Shown here one piece after another: positions 1 through 12,870 of a stretch of 64,000 nt of DNA. Source of the stretch: Ranitomeya imitator (lineage: Eukaryota); assembly GCF_032444005.1 (NCBI RefSeq), contig NC_091287.1, positions 112,964,001 to 113,028,000 on the forward strand, in the 5' to 3' direction. Under the pieces are notes generated by a model. The model was not told the origin of the DNA. It did no database searches and saw nothing but the letters and a program-made list of their open reading frames with translations. A program made the position numbers and the translations under genes. How positions within the stretch are numbered: position 1 is the first letter of the stretch; the number at the start of each line of letters is the position of its first letter.

Positions 1-18
1 GTCAAAAGGGGCACACCA

Positions 19-347
19 TTGGGTACAATCAATGTGATGAAAACATATAATAACCAGTGGAGAGACATCTATAAGATTTTGGAGAAAAGTTGGGACATCT
101 TGCTCAGAGAACCAAAACTTATACCATTCATTTCCTCTAATCCAAGGATAATAGCAAAAATAGCAAAAAATCTTAAAGATCATTTGACCAACAGCCACCT
201 TAAAAGTGCCACTTGTAGACTTAATACGGGTAACAGAATCTCTAGCTTTTTTCCCTGCAGTAGTTTCTCTTTATGCCCTTTAATTATTGTTGATGAGTGT
301 GTTTTTTTTCTCAAACTCTTTTATGCAAGTGAGATCACATGGGTTCT
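19..347 (+). pseudogene. Penelope-like element ORF fragment (linker before the GIY-YIG endonuclease)
   Basis: ILEKSWDILLREPKL...P...AKNLKDHLTNS resembles the PLE W.IL..D..L...P...NL.D.L..S linker. It continues into the GIY-YIG motif at 1134 once the intervening MITE is removed. Confidence 0.7.
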
Positions 348-351
348 TTAA

Positions 352-1133
352 CCCCTTAGCAACCAGAGGTATTTTTGGTTTTGGATTTTTAATTTTTTGC
401 TCCCCTTCTTCCCAGTGCCATAACTTTTTTATTTTTGGTCAAAATGGCCATGTGAGGGCTTATTTCTTGCAGGACAAGTTGTTCTTTTGAACGACACCAT
501 TGGTTTTACCATGTCCTGTACTCAAAAATGGGAAAAAATTCCAAGTGCGGTGAAATTGCAAAAAAAAAGTGCAATCCCACAGTTGTTTTTTTTTCACCAT
601 ATTCACTAAATGCTAAAGCTAACCTGTCATTATGATTCTCCAGGTCATTACGAGTTCATATACACTAAACATGTTTAGGCTCTTTTTTATTTAAGTGGTG
701 AAAAAATTCCCCCCCCAAAATTGTGCCATTTTCCAATACCCATAGCATCTCCATTTTTCTTGATCTCAGGTTTGGTGAGGGCTAATTTTTAGCATGCCGA
801 GCTGATGTTTTTAATGATATCATTTTGGTTTACATATGATCTTTTGATTGCCCGTTATTGCATTAAAAAACGTAATTCTGGCGTTTTGAATTTTTCTCTC
901 ATTACACCATTTAGCGATAGGGTTAATTATTGACCAGAAGAGTTTGACAGTGGCATTTAACGGGTTAACATCCAGGGGTGGCTCACGATTCCACCCACGG
1001 CTGTTGCGGGAACATGTCAGTTGTTCAAACCAGTGGACATGTGCCAGAAAAGATGTGGGCTCACCGCCGGAGACTACATCAAGGGGAGGGAGTCCGACAT
1101 CGGTGCACATTTATGCCCAATATCTGGAAGGGG
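352..1133. mobile_element. piggyBac-like non-autonomous element (MITE)
   Basis: TTAA at 348-351 and 1134-1137; termini CCCCTT...AAGGGG; same family as 6264-7538 in the opposite orientation. Confidence 0.8.
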
Positions 1134-1240
1134 TTAACTTCATTTATGCTCTAATTTGTGGCTACTCTAAATTGTATGTGGGTCAGACTACCCAGGAGTT
1201 ACAACATTGAACGCAGCAGCATATTTCTAGTATTTATATA
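1134..1240 (+). pseudogene. GIY-YIG endonuclease fragment of the same Penelope-like element
   Basis: NFIYALICGYSKLYVGQTTQELQH*TQQHIS fits the IY..C...YVG.T...R..H pattern. Confidence 0.75.
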
Positions 1241-1421
1241 TCTAACTCTTGCAATCCTTTATATATCTAACTCTTGCAATCCTCTACTGCAACCTTGATG
1301 GACAGTAATCTCAGTAATCTCATTGATAATATTCGTCATGCAACCTAAATGAGGGCTCCCAGTAAGAAAATATGTTTATATGTGTTTGATCAAATGAACA
1401 CTGTGGTGAGGCTCAGTATTG

Positions 1422-1887
1422 AACCAAAAAACAAAACCTTTAAAATAGAGCTTTTATTAATGAACTTCTAAAAAAGCATCAGTCTAAATAAACAAATTTA
1501 TGAAAGGATCAGATCAGGGTCAGGTAACAAATACAAAAGTTTTACTCTTATTTTAAATAATTATTCAACCCTAATTCAATTAGGGCAAGCATGCATGGAG
1601 CGGGGGCGCCACTGCGCTTTCCCCCTTAAGGTGCTAACCTCTCCTGGTAGGTAGGAAACGGAGAATCAGAATGTCTTACCTAGATTTTTTTTCTTATCAT
1701 GAATAATTATTTAAATTAAGAGTAAAACTTTTGTATTTGTTGCCTGACCCTGATCTGATCCTTTCATAAATTTGTTTATTTGGACTGAAGTTAGAAGTTC
1801 ATTAATAAAAGCTATATTTTAGAGGTCTTGCTTTTTTGTTCTATACAAATATAACAGACCCAATTCATCTAATTTGGTTTTCTTTTC
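1422..1887. mobile_element. Inverted-repeat cassette 1 (probably PLE pLTR-derived)
   Basis: 15-bp direct repeat TGAGGCTCAGTATTG at 1407-1421 and 1888-1902; inverted arms 1422-1567 and 1700-1841. Confidence 0.65.
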
Positions 1888-2108
1888 TGAGGCTCAGTAT
1901 TGCGCATACACCATTGTGTAGGAATAATATTGGAATGCTTACCTTCTTTTTTCAAAAACCAACATCATTCTAAATATAAATCTGTACTGTACTCTCTGTA
2001 TTCTGATGCTGCATTGGACAGCTTTATGTTTAGAACTTATTTCTCTCCAGGGTCAATATTATCTCACAACATGGCATCCCCCTTTTCCTTTATGTTTAGT
2101 ATAACCAC

Positions 2109-2738
2109 TAGGGTTGAGCGAAACGGGGTCGGCCATTTTCAGAAGTCGCCGACTTTTGGCAAAGTCGGGTTTCATGAAACCCGACCCGACCCCTGTGTGG
2201 GGTCAGCCATGAAGTCGGTGATCTTCTGAATCTGGTATCGGAATTTCGATCCTAATATACTCACCCTCGGACGCGCCCTGCTTCTTTCCGGCAGCCTTCC
2301 TTCCTAAGAATCAGCGCTTGCAGGACCTTGCGGTGACGTCGCGGCTTGTAAATGGTCGCGCGAGCGGTCACATGGGTGGTCGCACGACCAATCACAAGCC
2401 GCGACATCACCGCAAGGTCCTGCAAGCGCTGATTCGAAGGAAGGAAGGTTCCCGGTTAGTACCAGGGCGCGTCCGAGGGTGAGTATAGCGATATTTTTTA
2501 TTTTAATTCTTTATTTTACACTTAAATATGGATCGCAGGGCCTGAAGGAGAGTTTCCTCTCCTTCAGACCCTGGGAACCATTGGAAACCCAATGCACTGC
2601 ATTGGGTTTCGAGTTTCGGCCGACCCCGACCCCGACTTTTTTATAGGATCGGCCGATTTCACTCGACCCGACTTTTGAAAAAGTCGGGGTTCGTGAAACC
2701 CGACCCGATCCTATAAAAGTAAAAGTCGCTCAACCCTA
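2109..2738. mobile_element. hAT-type MITE
   Basis: TIR TAGGGTTGAGCGA / TCGCTCAACCCTA; 8-bp TSD ATAACCAC at 2101-2108 and 2739-2746. Confidence 0.9.
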
Positions 2739-4712
2739 ATAACCACTATACCTCATTGTAACTTAACCTGGCATTTTATTTGTTCCCTTTAGGCATTAAT
2801 ATAAATGCTCTGCGCATTGACGAGGGCTATGGGCCTGGGGATTATGACTTCTGGTTTGCTCACAATTGGTGCTTGTGTACTACAAGACATTGAGGTGTCG
2901 GTGCAGTGACAGTGACTCGAGCTGGGGAACTTTGACTTCCGGATTTGTGCACCTCGGACACGTGCGCCCTGGGGCATGGGGGATGCCTTGTGTTGGAGGA
3001 ACAAGCATTTCCAGCGGAGTATGGATGACATCACTCAAAAATGGAAGAAGGACTCTCTACTGCAGCACTGCACTTCATATTGTTTCAACCCTGGCTGTGG
3101 ATCCTCTTTTCAACAAGGAGCATTTCTGTGGCCACACTTCGCAGCAGTCCTGCATCTCCTTATTTCTTCTTCAGCTTCACTTCTGCAAGGGTAATTTGGC
3201 AGTGACACTTGTCTGGAGCCCTGAGCACTGTCACTTGGCACACAGCCTATCCCTCTCATCAGCTATACTTATGTCCTATCATCTTCTGCTATGTTGGCTC
3301 TGCAGAGGCCCTTGCCAACGCCCATGCTCAAGACTACTCTGATGTGTCACTACTTTGCTTTCTCCCAGAGAATTAGATTTCACTTAGTAAGCTGATGAAC
3401 CCTTTGCAGCAGACACAAGTCCCCTTCTCTGCAGGGTCACTTCTTGCAGACCCAGATACAAGCCGCAATGCTTTCATCTGCAGACTCCATACTCTTCTCT
3501 CTTTTAGGTGTGGAAAGCTTCTCTCTACTTACAGGTAGTCTCGTCTTTCTCTCCACCCAGGACAGATCACAAGTAAGTTCAGGATTCTTTCTGCCCAAGG
3601 TGGGAAACCAATTAACCAATGTAGGAGTTTTGTAGGAAAACATCTGGGCAAAGAGTTGCCAACCTTTTTGTGCAATCTTCCAAATGAAAAAGAAAAAACT
3701 AAAGATCAAGTACTCAGCGTGCTATACAATATAAATTTTATATAACAAATTATTATGGCGCCTATATGTTGTGCTATTGGACCATCTACTTGTGTTGTGG
3801 TCTGTTTGCAATTGCTGTTGCTGTTTCCTACATTTTATTTAGACACCTGGTAGACTTATTAAAACCACCATGGTGCTTGAAATCTTGTGACTAATCTCAG
3901 CCTACCCATTGTTAAATATCGCATGCTACCCGTGCATCAGGTAAACTTGACCCATGTGCCAAGGTGGTTAACCACTGTATTAAACTTTTTATCTTATGAC
4001 AAAGTAGTGTACTCTCTGCACCACAAATGACAACAGTGAAAAAGCACCACATAATGGCTAAAAGATACCCACAAAAAGGCGCCAAGATACATCTAGGAAA
4101 TGTATAATATTACATAATTTTTTTTAACTTTAACATAAATAGTAGAAATGACAGAGCTTTGTAAATAATATTATAAGAAACGTTATGGCATCATTAATTT
4201 GTTTAGTTACATCACATTATCTTAGAAAGCAAGCAACCCTCACCTTTTTTTTTATAAGTTTTATTTCACAAGTGTCATTCTATACTTTACATCTTTGCAA
4301 CATGTCATCACCTACTTGAACTGAATCTAAAACTGGATCTATTTTGCAATGTCAGCAGATAAAGAAATATTAATATGGTTGCCATAAAATGCACTCACCT
4401 GACTGTAAAAGGTAAAAATTGAAATTGGATTTCACAAATTCATCATAACATTAGCTTCTATAATTACAAAATAACATCCACTGAGACTGTTTTACTGCAT
4501 TTCATGTAACTTTGTGGTTACCCCAAGCGCATAAATGACAACAAACCACTATTTTTTAAAGTTCATTCATTTTTAGCATTCAAGGCGCCTTCATTGAGTA
4601 CATAATTGAAACCAAACCATCTAAGGAAGTGTGCTACCATGAAAACCATACTAGTGAGACAGCAAAATGAAAGAGACTATATTTTGTTATGGATTGAGTA
4701 CATAGAATGCAT

Positions 4713-5118
4713 ATAATAATTATAATAATAATAATTTTTATTTATATAGCGCCAACATATTACGCAGCACTTTACAATTAGCGGGGACATGTACAGACAA
4801 TAAATTCAATACAAGTTAAGACAATTTAAACAGTGACATTAGGGGTGAGGTCCCTGCTCGCAAGCTTACAATCTACAAGGAAATGGGGGGACACAATAGG
4901 TGAAAAGTGCTTGTTATTTCAGGTTTGGCATTTATAGTAAATAGGGATTTTCATATAAAGCTGCATGATCCGGTCATCAGCCCGTGTGTTTAACTGCAAT
5001 AGTCAAGTATCAAGTGCAGTTATCATGTGCATGGAGGGTGTGGAGACAGATGAATAGTAGGGTGCAGATTCAGAATAATGTTTGGAAGGAGGGAACAGGG
5101 CAAAGTTAGTTTACTGAC
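4713..5118 (-). mobile_element. 3' fragment of an L2/CR1-type LINE
   Basis: (TAA)n-type tail and tail sequence resembling 9501-9694 and the LINE end near 43831. Confidence 0.65.
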
Positions 5119-5195
5119 TACTACATACTAACTAGACAGACAAGTTGGCTACAGAAAACTAGTCAAGAAACAAATTAAACCAACAAACAGGCCTA

Positions 5196-5525
5196 GGTTG
5201 AAGGGGTGATATGAAACTAAATTTTATTTTATTTCTAAATCTCTATTTAATTCATAAATTCAATTTTTTTCTAATATACTTTAATTAAAAATTCCCTATC
5301 CTTCCTTTAATACTCTATCGAACTGATCTATTTTTTTACTACTTTCTTTGTTATGATACTTTGAGAATTTCAGTGCATTCTGGGATATTCAAGCAAGTCG
5401 TCATCAGGGTGCAGAGACTGCGGTCACTACTGCGACCTTTGCCCCCACCCTAAAACGGATCATCATCAATGACCTCCATTTCAGGGGCTGGTCTGGTCCC
5501 CGCTCTACTGAGCATGCGTCGGTTG
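5196..5525. mobile_element. Probable Kolobok/T2-like MITE fragment
   Basis: GAAGGGGTGATATGAAAC start followed by an AT-rich subterminal tract; only one end recognisable. Confidence 0.3.
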
Positions 5526-5709
5526 TTAATTCCAAGGGATGCTAAGTAGGATATTGTCACTGTGCACTCTTCTCAGTGCAAACTGACAATGTGATCTCAT
5601 GCCGGCTCTGAAAAGAAGTGACGAGTCGGCAACAAAGTGCACTGTCATTGCACAGTGTAAGAAGATAATTAGCAAGCATAGACCAGCACCGACCCTTGCA
5701 AGTGATGTC

Positions 5710-7807
5710 CTGTGGCATGTGGAAGAGCGTGCTCTGGTCAGATGAGACCAAAGTAGAACTTTTTGGGCTAAATGCAAAATGCTATGTGTGGTGGAAATCT
5801 AACACTGCACATCACCTTGAAATCACCATCCTCATCATCACACATGGGGATGACAGCATAGTGCTGTGGGGATTCTTTTCTTCGGCATGGACAGGGACAG
5901 CGAAGCAGGTCAGAGTTGATGGAAACATGGATGAATTTTACATACAGGGCAATCCTAGATGAAAACCTGTTGATGGCTCCAAGAAAACTTGAGACTGTGG
6001 TGTAGTTCACCTTCCGGCAGGACGATGAACCTTATCGTACTGTCAGAGCTACTGTGGAATTGCTTAGAGCAAAGCATATTCATGTGTGTGAAAGAGTCAT
6101 TCACATTCCAGACCTAAATCTCATTGACAATCTGTGACAAGAATTGAAAATTACTGTTCACAGATGCCTTCACCCAATGTTACTGAGCTAAAGCTAATTT
6201 GCAAAGAAGAATGGGCAAAAAATCAGCCTCTAGGTGTGCAAATTTGGTAGAGATATACTTTAACCCCTTTCTGACCTCGGACGGTATAGTACGTCCGAGG
6301 TCAGATCCCCTGCTTTGATGCGGGCTCCGCGGTGAGCCCGCATCAAAGCCGGGACATGTCAGCTGTTTTGAACAGCTGACATGTGCCCGTAAAAGGCGCG
6401 AGCAGAATCGCGATCTGCCCGCGCCTATTAACTAGTTAAATGCCGCTGTCAAATGCAGACAGCGGCATTTAACTACCGCTTCCGGCCGGGCGGCCGGAAA
6501 TGACGTCATCGCCGACCCCCGTCACATGATCGGGGGTCGGCAATGCTTCAGAATTGTAACCATAGAGGTCTTTGAGACCTCTATGGTTACTGATCGCCGG
6601 CAGCTGTGAGCGCCACCCTGTGGTCGGCGCTCACAGCACACCTGATTTTCAGCTACATAGCAGCGAACAGCAGATCGCAGCTATGTAGCAGAGGCGATCG
6701 TGCTGTGCCTGCTTCTAGCCTCCCATGGAGGCTATTGAAGCATGGCAAAAGTAAAAAAAAAAGTTAAAAAAATGTGAAAAAAATAAAAAAATATAAAAGT
6801 TTAAATCACCCCCCTTTCGCCGCAATCAAAATAAAGCAATAAAAAAATATCAAATCTACGTATATTTGGTATCGTCGCACTCAGAATCGCCCGATCTATC
6901 AATTAAAAAAAAGCATTAACCTGATCGCTAAACAGGGTAGCGAGAAAAAAATTGGAAGCGCCAGATTTACGTTTTTTTTGGTCGCCGCGACATTGCATTA
7001 AAATGCAATAACGGGCGATCAAAAGAACATATCTGCACCAAAACACTATCATTAAAAACATCTCGGCACGCAAAAAATAAGCCCTCAACCGACCCCAGAT
7101 CATGAAAAATGGAGACGCTGCGGGTATCGGAAAATGGCGCAATTTCTTTTTTTTTTTTTAGCAAAGTTTGGAATTTGTTTTCACCACTTAGGTAAAAAAT
7201 AACCTAGTCATGTTAGGTGTCTATGAACTCGTACTGACCTGGAGAATCATAATGGCAGGTCAGTTTTAGCATTTAGTGAACCTAGCAAAAAAGCCAAACA
7301 AAAAACAAGTGTGAGATTGCACTTTTTTTGCAATTTCACCGCACTTGGAATTTTTTTCCCGTTTTCTAGTACACGACATGCTAAAACCAATGATCTCGTT
7401 CAAAAGTACAACTCGTCCCGCAAAAAATAAGCCCTCACATGGCCAAATTGACAGAAAAATAAAAAAGTTATGGCTCTGGGAAGGAGAGGAGTGAAAAACG
7501 AACACGGAAAAACGAAAAATCCCAAGGTCATGAAGGGGTTAAAAGATGTGCAGCAGTAATTGCAGCGAAAGGTTGTCCTGTAAAGTATTGACTCAGGGGT
7601 TCTGAATATACATGCACCCCGCAATTTTCAGATGTATATTTTTTAAATATTTAGAAAACCACAAATCATCTCATTTACACATCACAAATACTTGCTACTT
7701 TCTGTTGGTATATCACATAAAATCCCAATAAAACACATTTAAGTTTTTGGGCGAAACCTGACAAAATGTAGAAAAGTTAATTGGGTGTGAATACTTTTTC
7801 AAGGCTC

Positions 7808-7809
<2 letters not shown>
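5710..7809 (+). mobile_element. 5'-truncated Tc1 transposon interrupted by a piggyBac-like MITE
   Basis: MWKSVLWSDETKVELFG...HGDDSIVLWGFFS (5696..5962); Tc1-like end AATACTTTTTCAAGGCTCTG at about 7790-7809. Confidence 0.8.
6264..7538. mobile_element. piggyBac-like non-autonomous element
   Basis: TTAA at 6260-6263 and 7539-7542; termini CCCCTT...AAGGGG. Confidence 0.85.
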
Positions 7810-7839
<30 letters not shown>

Positions 7840-7850
7840 CATATATATGT
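7809..7850. repeat. (TG)n(TA)n microsatellite
   Basis: Direct reading. Confidence 0.9.
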
Positions 7851-9100
7851 ACCACCATTTTTCTGTCCTTTTTTCAGTGGGTCATGCCCCTTTGTAGATT
7901 ATATTAAGAAATGTGTCAAAAACACATAATAAACGTGATTGCAAGGCATATCAGGCCATGTTTTGTGGCCATTAAGCCAGAATTCTGGCCCATGTAGCTT
8001 AGTAAAATGGTACACTCTGTCTTGCATGTTATATTATCCTAATGACTTCTGGTCATAGCAGTCTGTAGTTTGAAAAAAAACAAACAAACACTGAGAAAAT
8101 GTGATAATAAGGTGCTTGTGAATGCACAATAATATTGTCCAATAATAATGATAATGGTTTGCTTATCTTCAAGTAATTGAACAGAAAAAAAATTAACAGG
8201 AGTATAAGTTGGTATGTATGCAAAATAGGAGCATGTTCACACTGGCCATTAAACATACAAAACTTAAGACAAAGACAAAATGAACAAATACCCTGCAAGT
8301 TAATAGATAAAAGCAAAAATGCATTTTAATAATACAGCGTACTTCACAAGACGAGCGTTAGTATATACAGTTGAGCTCAAAAGTTTACATACCCCAGCAA
8401 AATTTTTGCTTTCTTGGCCTTTTTTTCCGAGAATATGAATGATAACTCCAAAACTTTTTCTCCACTCATGGTTAGTGGTTGGATGAAGCCATTTATTGTC
8501 AAACTACTGTGTTTTCTCTTTTTAAATCATAATGATAACCCAAAACATCCAAATGACCCTGATCAAAAGTTCACATACCCCATTTCTTAATACCTTGTAT
8601 TGCCCCCTCTAACAATAATGACAGCTTGAAATCTTTTGTGGTAGTTGTGGATGAGGTTCTTTATTTTCAAAGTATTTTCAAAAAGTCTCCAGTTCCTGTA
8701 AATTCCTGGGCTGTCTAGCATGAACTGCGCACTTGAAATCTCCCCAGAGTTGCTCATTATATTGAGGTCAGGAGATGACCACTCCAGAACCTTTACTTTA
8801 TTCTGCTGTAGCCAATGACAGGTCGACTTGGCCTTGTGTTTTTGATCGTTGTCATGATGGAACGTCCAAGTATGTCCCATGCGCAGCTTCTGGATTGATG
8901 AGTGCAAATTTGCCTCCAGTATTTGCTGATAACGTGCTGCATTCATCTTTTCTTCAACTTTGAACAAGTTTCCTGTGCCTTTGTAGCTCACACATCCCCA
9001 AAACATCAGCGATCCACCTCCGTGCTTTACAGTAGGAATGGTTTTCCTTTCATCATAGGCCTTGTTGACCTCTCTCCAAATGTAACATTTATGATTGTAG

Positions 9101-10020
9101 TGCAAAGAAAATTAAGAGTAGGCACCACTATAAATAATAAAACCATATCTATGGAGGGTGCAACTAATGCGCCAAAACATAAATTACAACAAAAAAGATG
9201 AAAGAAGCGTAAAAGAAAGTGCACACACAACCCATATAAGTGTAAACAAAGCTTTATTGAGGCAAAAAAGTGCTTAGAGTATAAAAACATTTAAAAAGGC
9301 ATGTAAAAACATACCCAAAAGGAAGCACCCTTTATATATAAGGATGTGCATGAACCAGACAAAAAGGGGAATAAATGTCCCCTAGAAGGAGAACCAGTGA
9401 ATGTAGTCCATACAGAGATAAATGTGCACACAACAGCAGACCCAGGGCTCAAAATGTAGAGAATCCACGCATATGTATGATGATAATTCCATCCACCTCT
9501 CGTGTCTCCCCTTTTCCCCATAGTTTGTAAGCTTGCGAGCAGGGCCCTCACTCCTCCTGGTATCTGTTTTGAACTGTATTTCTGTTATGCTGTAATGTCT
9601 ATTGTCTGTACAAGTCCCCTCTATAATTTGTAAAGCGCTGCGGAATATGTTGGCGCTATATAAATAAAATTATTATTATTATTATTATTATTATAAAATA
9701 AGGAACAGTATAATCAAAATATTCAACCAATGAAGAAGAATGATAAAATAACTTCCATCAAGAATCACTGTGCAGGATGGCCCACATCAAGCCCATGGTT
9801 CGTACCAATAGACAGAAATATAAGAACAGTAGTAGATGTGCAAACAATAGTAATACTTGCCACTTACTGGAATCCAATGGCCCCACTCCCATATAAGGGG
9901 TGCTTCCTTTTGGGTATGTTTTTACATGCTTTTTTAAATGTTTTTATACTTTAAGCACTTTTTTGCCTCAATAAAGCTTTGTTTACACTTATATGGGTTG
10001 TGTGTGCACTTTCATTTGCG
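9101..10020. mobile_element. Inverted-repeat cassette 2 inside the Tc1
   Basis: 13-bp direct repeat TTTATGATTGTAG at 9088-9100 and 10021-10033; inverted arms about 9205-9330 and 9898-10020. Confidence 0.7.
9501..9694 (+). mobile_element. Short L2-type 3' tail
   Basis: Ends GGCGCTATATAAATAAAATT(ATT)n; reverse complement of part of 4713-4870. Confidence 0.7.
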
Positions 10021-10375
10021 TTTATGATTGTAGCCAAAAAGTTCAATTTTGGTCTCATCACTCCAAATTACCTTGCTCCAGAAGTTTTGAGGCTCTGTAC
10101 TGTTTTGCGTATTGTATGCGAGATACTTTGTGGCATTTGTGCAGTAATGGCTTTCTTCTGGCGACTCGACCATGCAGCCCATTTTTCTTCCAGTGCCTTG
10201 CATCTTGAAACAGCCACACCGCTAGTTTTCAGAGACTCCTGTAATTCAGCTGATGTTATTTGTGGGTTTTTATTTGCATCCCGAACAATTTTCCTGGCAG
10301 TTGTGGATGACATTTTTGTTGGTCTACCTGACCGTGGTTTTGTTTTTACAGAGCCCCTGATTTTCCATTTGTTTA

Positions 10376-11018
10376 AGGGAACCTGTCACCAGGTTTGGCC
10401 GATATAAGATGTGGCCAGCCATTGCCTTTCAGGGTTAATCTACAGCATTCTATAATGCTGTAGATAAGCACCCGATCTGACCTGAAAGATAAGAAAAATA
10501 ACTTTTACTATACTCACCCGGGGGGCGGTCCGGTCTGATGGGTGTCGCAGGTACTGGTCCGGTGCTGCCCACCTTCTTGTGATGCCGCCCTCCTGCTTGC
10601 TTTACAGGCTCCCTGGCATTGTGCTCCTACGCAGGCATACTTATCTGCCCTGCTGATGGCAGATGAAAGTGCTGCTGTGCGCAGGCGCTGAGCCTCTCTA
10701 TCCCTTCATGGTGCCTGCGCACTGCAGAACTTTGCTCTGCCCTCAACAGGGCAGATAAGTGCACCTGCACAGGAGCGCGATGCCAGGGAGCCTATGAAGC
10801 AAGCAGGAGGGTGGCATCACAAGAAGATGGGAGGTGCTGGACTCAGATCTGCAACTTCCATCAGACCGAACCATTCCCTGGGTGAGTATAATAAAAGTTA
10901 TTTTTCTTATCTTTCAGGTCATATCGAGGCTTATCTACAGCATTATAGAATGCTGTAGATAAACCCTGAAAGGCAGTGGCCGCATCTTATATCGGCCAAA
11001 ACAGCTGACAGGTTCGCT
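10376..11018. mobile_element. Kolobok/T2-like MITE
   Basis: TIR AGGGAACCTGTCA / TGACAGGTTCGCT at a TTAA site (left copy reads TTTA); largely palindromic interior. Confidence 0.8.
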
Positions 11019-11758
11019 TTAATCATAGTTTGAACACTACTGACAGGCATTATCAATTCCTTGGATATATTGTTGTATCCCTTTCCTGTTTTATACAGTT
11101 CAACTACCTTTTCCCGTAGATCCGTTGACAATTCTTTTGCTTTCCCCATGACTCACAATCCAGAGATGTCAGTGGCTGGATGAAAGATGCAAGAGTCTGG
11201 ATCCCAGAAATTCACTCAGATTTGACACACACACACTAATTATAAGCAAACAGATCACAGGTAAGGATGTTACCTTTAGTAGCCATTCAAACCCATTTGT
11301 GTCATCGTCTGTGCATGTTATCAGGCTAAAATCACCAGAGTATGTGGACTTTTGATCAGGGTCATTTGGATGTTTTGGATTGTTGTCATTATGATTTAAA
11401 AAGAGAAAACTCAGTAGTTTGACAATAAATGGCTTCACCCAACCACTAACCATGAATGGAGAAAAAGTTTGAGTGATATCATTCATATTCTCTGAAAAAA
11501 GGCTAAGAAAGCAAAAATTCTGCCAGCATATGTAAACTATTGAGCCCAACTGCATATGTTGAGTTTGTCTCTGTTTAGGTTTTGTCTTTTTAATGGCCAG
11601 TGTGAACATGGTCCTATTTTGCATCCATATTAACTTATACTGCTTCTCTTCCAGGCTGTTTTGTTTTTGGGTCATGACTGCCCACATCATGCTGATTGAC
11701 AGCCAGCTCCCTGCTACCTAACTGCGGGAAGCAGCTGTCAATGAATAGGACTGCCGAT

Positions 11759-12060
11759 TTAAGGCTTAAATGCAGCTGCTTGGCAATGGAAACTCGTACC
11801 ATAAAGTTCCCAGAGGTCAGTTTTGGTGTCCATTTTAAAGCCAGAGGTGATATGAATTTCTGCAGTTGTTGAGTCAGCAGAACATTCACAAAATTCTGCA
11901 ACTTTGCGCTTTGATACAGTTTCCTGAATTTCTATGGTTCCATATAAATATTTACATTTTTCAATAACACCAGTCATGGTTGATTTTGAAATATTTAGGA
12001 GGGAAGAGATTTCACAAACTGATGTGTTGCAACATTGGCACCCAGACTGCTTCATAGCTA
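11759..12060 (-). pseudogene. Tc1 transposase N-terminal fragment
   Basis: CNTSVCEISSLLNISKSTMTGVIEK...TTAEIHITSGFKMDTKTDLWELYGTSFHCQAAAFKP resembles the Tc1 HTH region. Confidence 0.6.
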
Positions 12061-12870
12061 TGAGGGTGTTACAGCTGGCGGAACGCACCGAGTAAATGTG
12101 AAGTTGATATTGGTGCCTTCGCAGCCCGGGGTCCACCGTGCAGGAGAGGGACCTGCTGCTAGTAAAATGGCGGCCCCATATGGCGGTACAATGCCAAATT
12201 AGACGTGAGTTCCGTCACTCGGTCAGTACAAGGACGAACCCTGTTGATTCATAGTCATGTAATATTAGTGGGACTAACACCCTAACTAGGGTTGTGCTTG
12301 CTCGGGACACTTCTGTGCTAACCGCACACAAGAAGGAACCAGAGCCAAGTCAAGCGGCTAATTGCCCCCACTGACACTAGCTGCCTGCCTGAACAATTCC
12401 TACGGCTAGACGGACACACTCCACATGTAGCCTGAGTGGCAGAGTATTCACTAGCGTCAAGCTCAAACATAAATGATACAAGCGCATGGCCGTTCGGTCA
12501 TGCGAACATTTTATAGTTGCAGCAACTTCAGAACCTTCCTAGAGGACCAATGGGAGCTGCTACAGGACCTGAGCATGTGATCCCCGACCTCCAATGAAAG
12601 GCCCTCCTTTGGGCATGCTCAGAAGGAGAAAAGTAGGACTTAGTCCCAGAAGCGTCTGCTCGCCGCTGACCAGTACTGGCTACAATGGCTGAGCCTGGAA
12701 GGGCAGCAGCAACCAAGCACACAGTATCTGCCTGAGCCAGACGCTGGGACCAATGTCTCCGCTGAGTAGGCTCCACTGCAGCTGCAGAAGAATGGGAGAA
12801 TGCAGCGGAGGTGGCTCAAGATTCCCCCCGTGCAGGAGCGGGAACTCAACACCTAACATTACCCCCCTCC

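Larger units (their letters stand above)
8587..11149 (-). pseudogene. Disrupted Tc1 transposase
   Basis: MGKAKELSTDLREKVV (11149), WSDETKIELFG (10012..10203), [19 protein letters not shown] and SPDLN (8587..9105). Confidence 0.9.
8368..11552 (-). mobile_element. Tc1 transposon with long TIRs and nested insertions
   Basis: CAGTTGAGCTCAAAAGTTTACATA at 8368 and TATGTAAACTATTGAGCCCAACTG ending 11552; about 200-bp TIRs; TA on the left, CA on the right. Confidence 0.9.

Noticed and set aside
1640-1670. Hammerhead in the core of cassette 1 (CTGGTAG...GAAAC)
   Set aside because: Only 4 of 7 core positions match and no convincing stems II/III.
11169-11690. 173-aa ORF
   Set aside because: Runs through a Tc1 TIR and flank; no domain.
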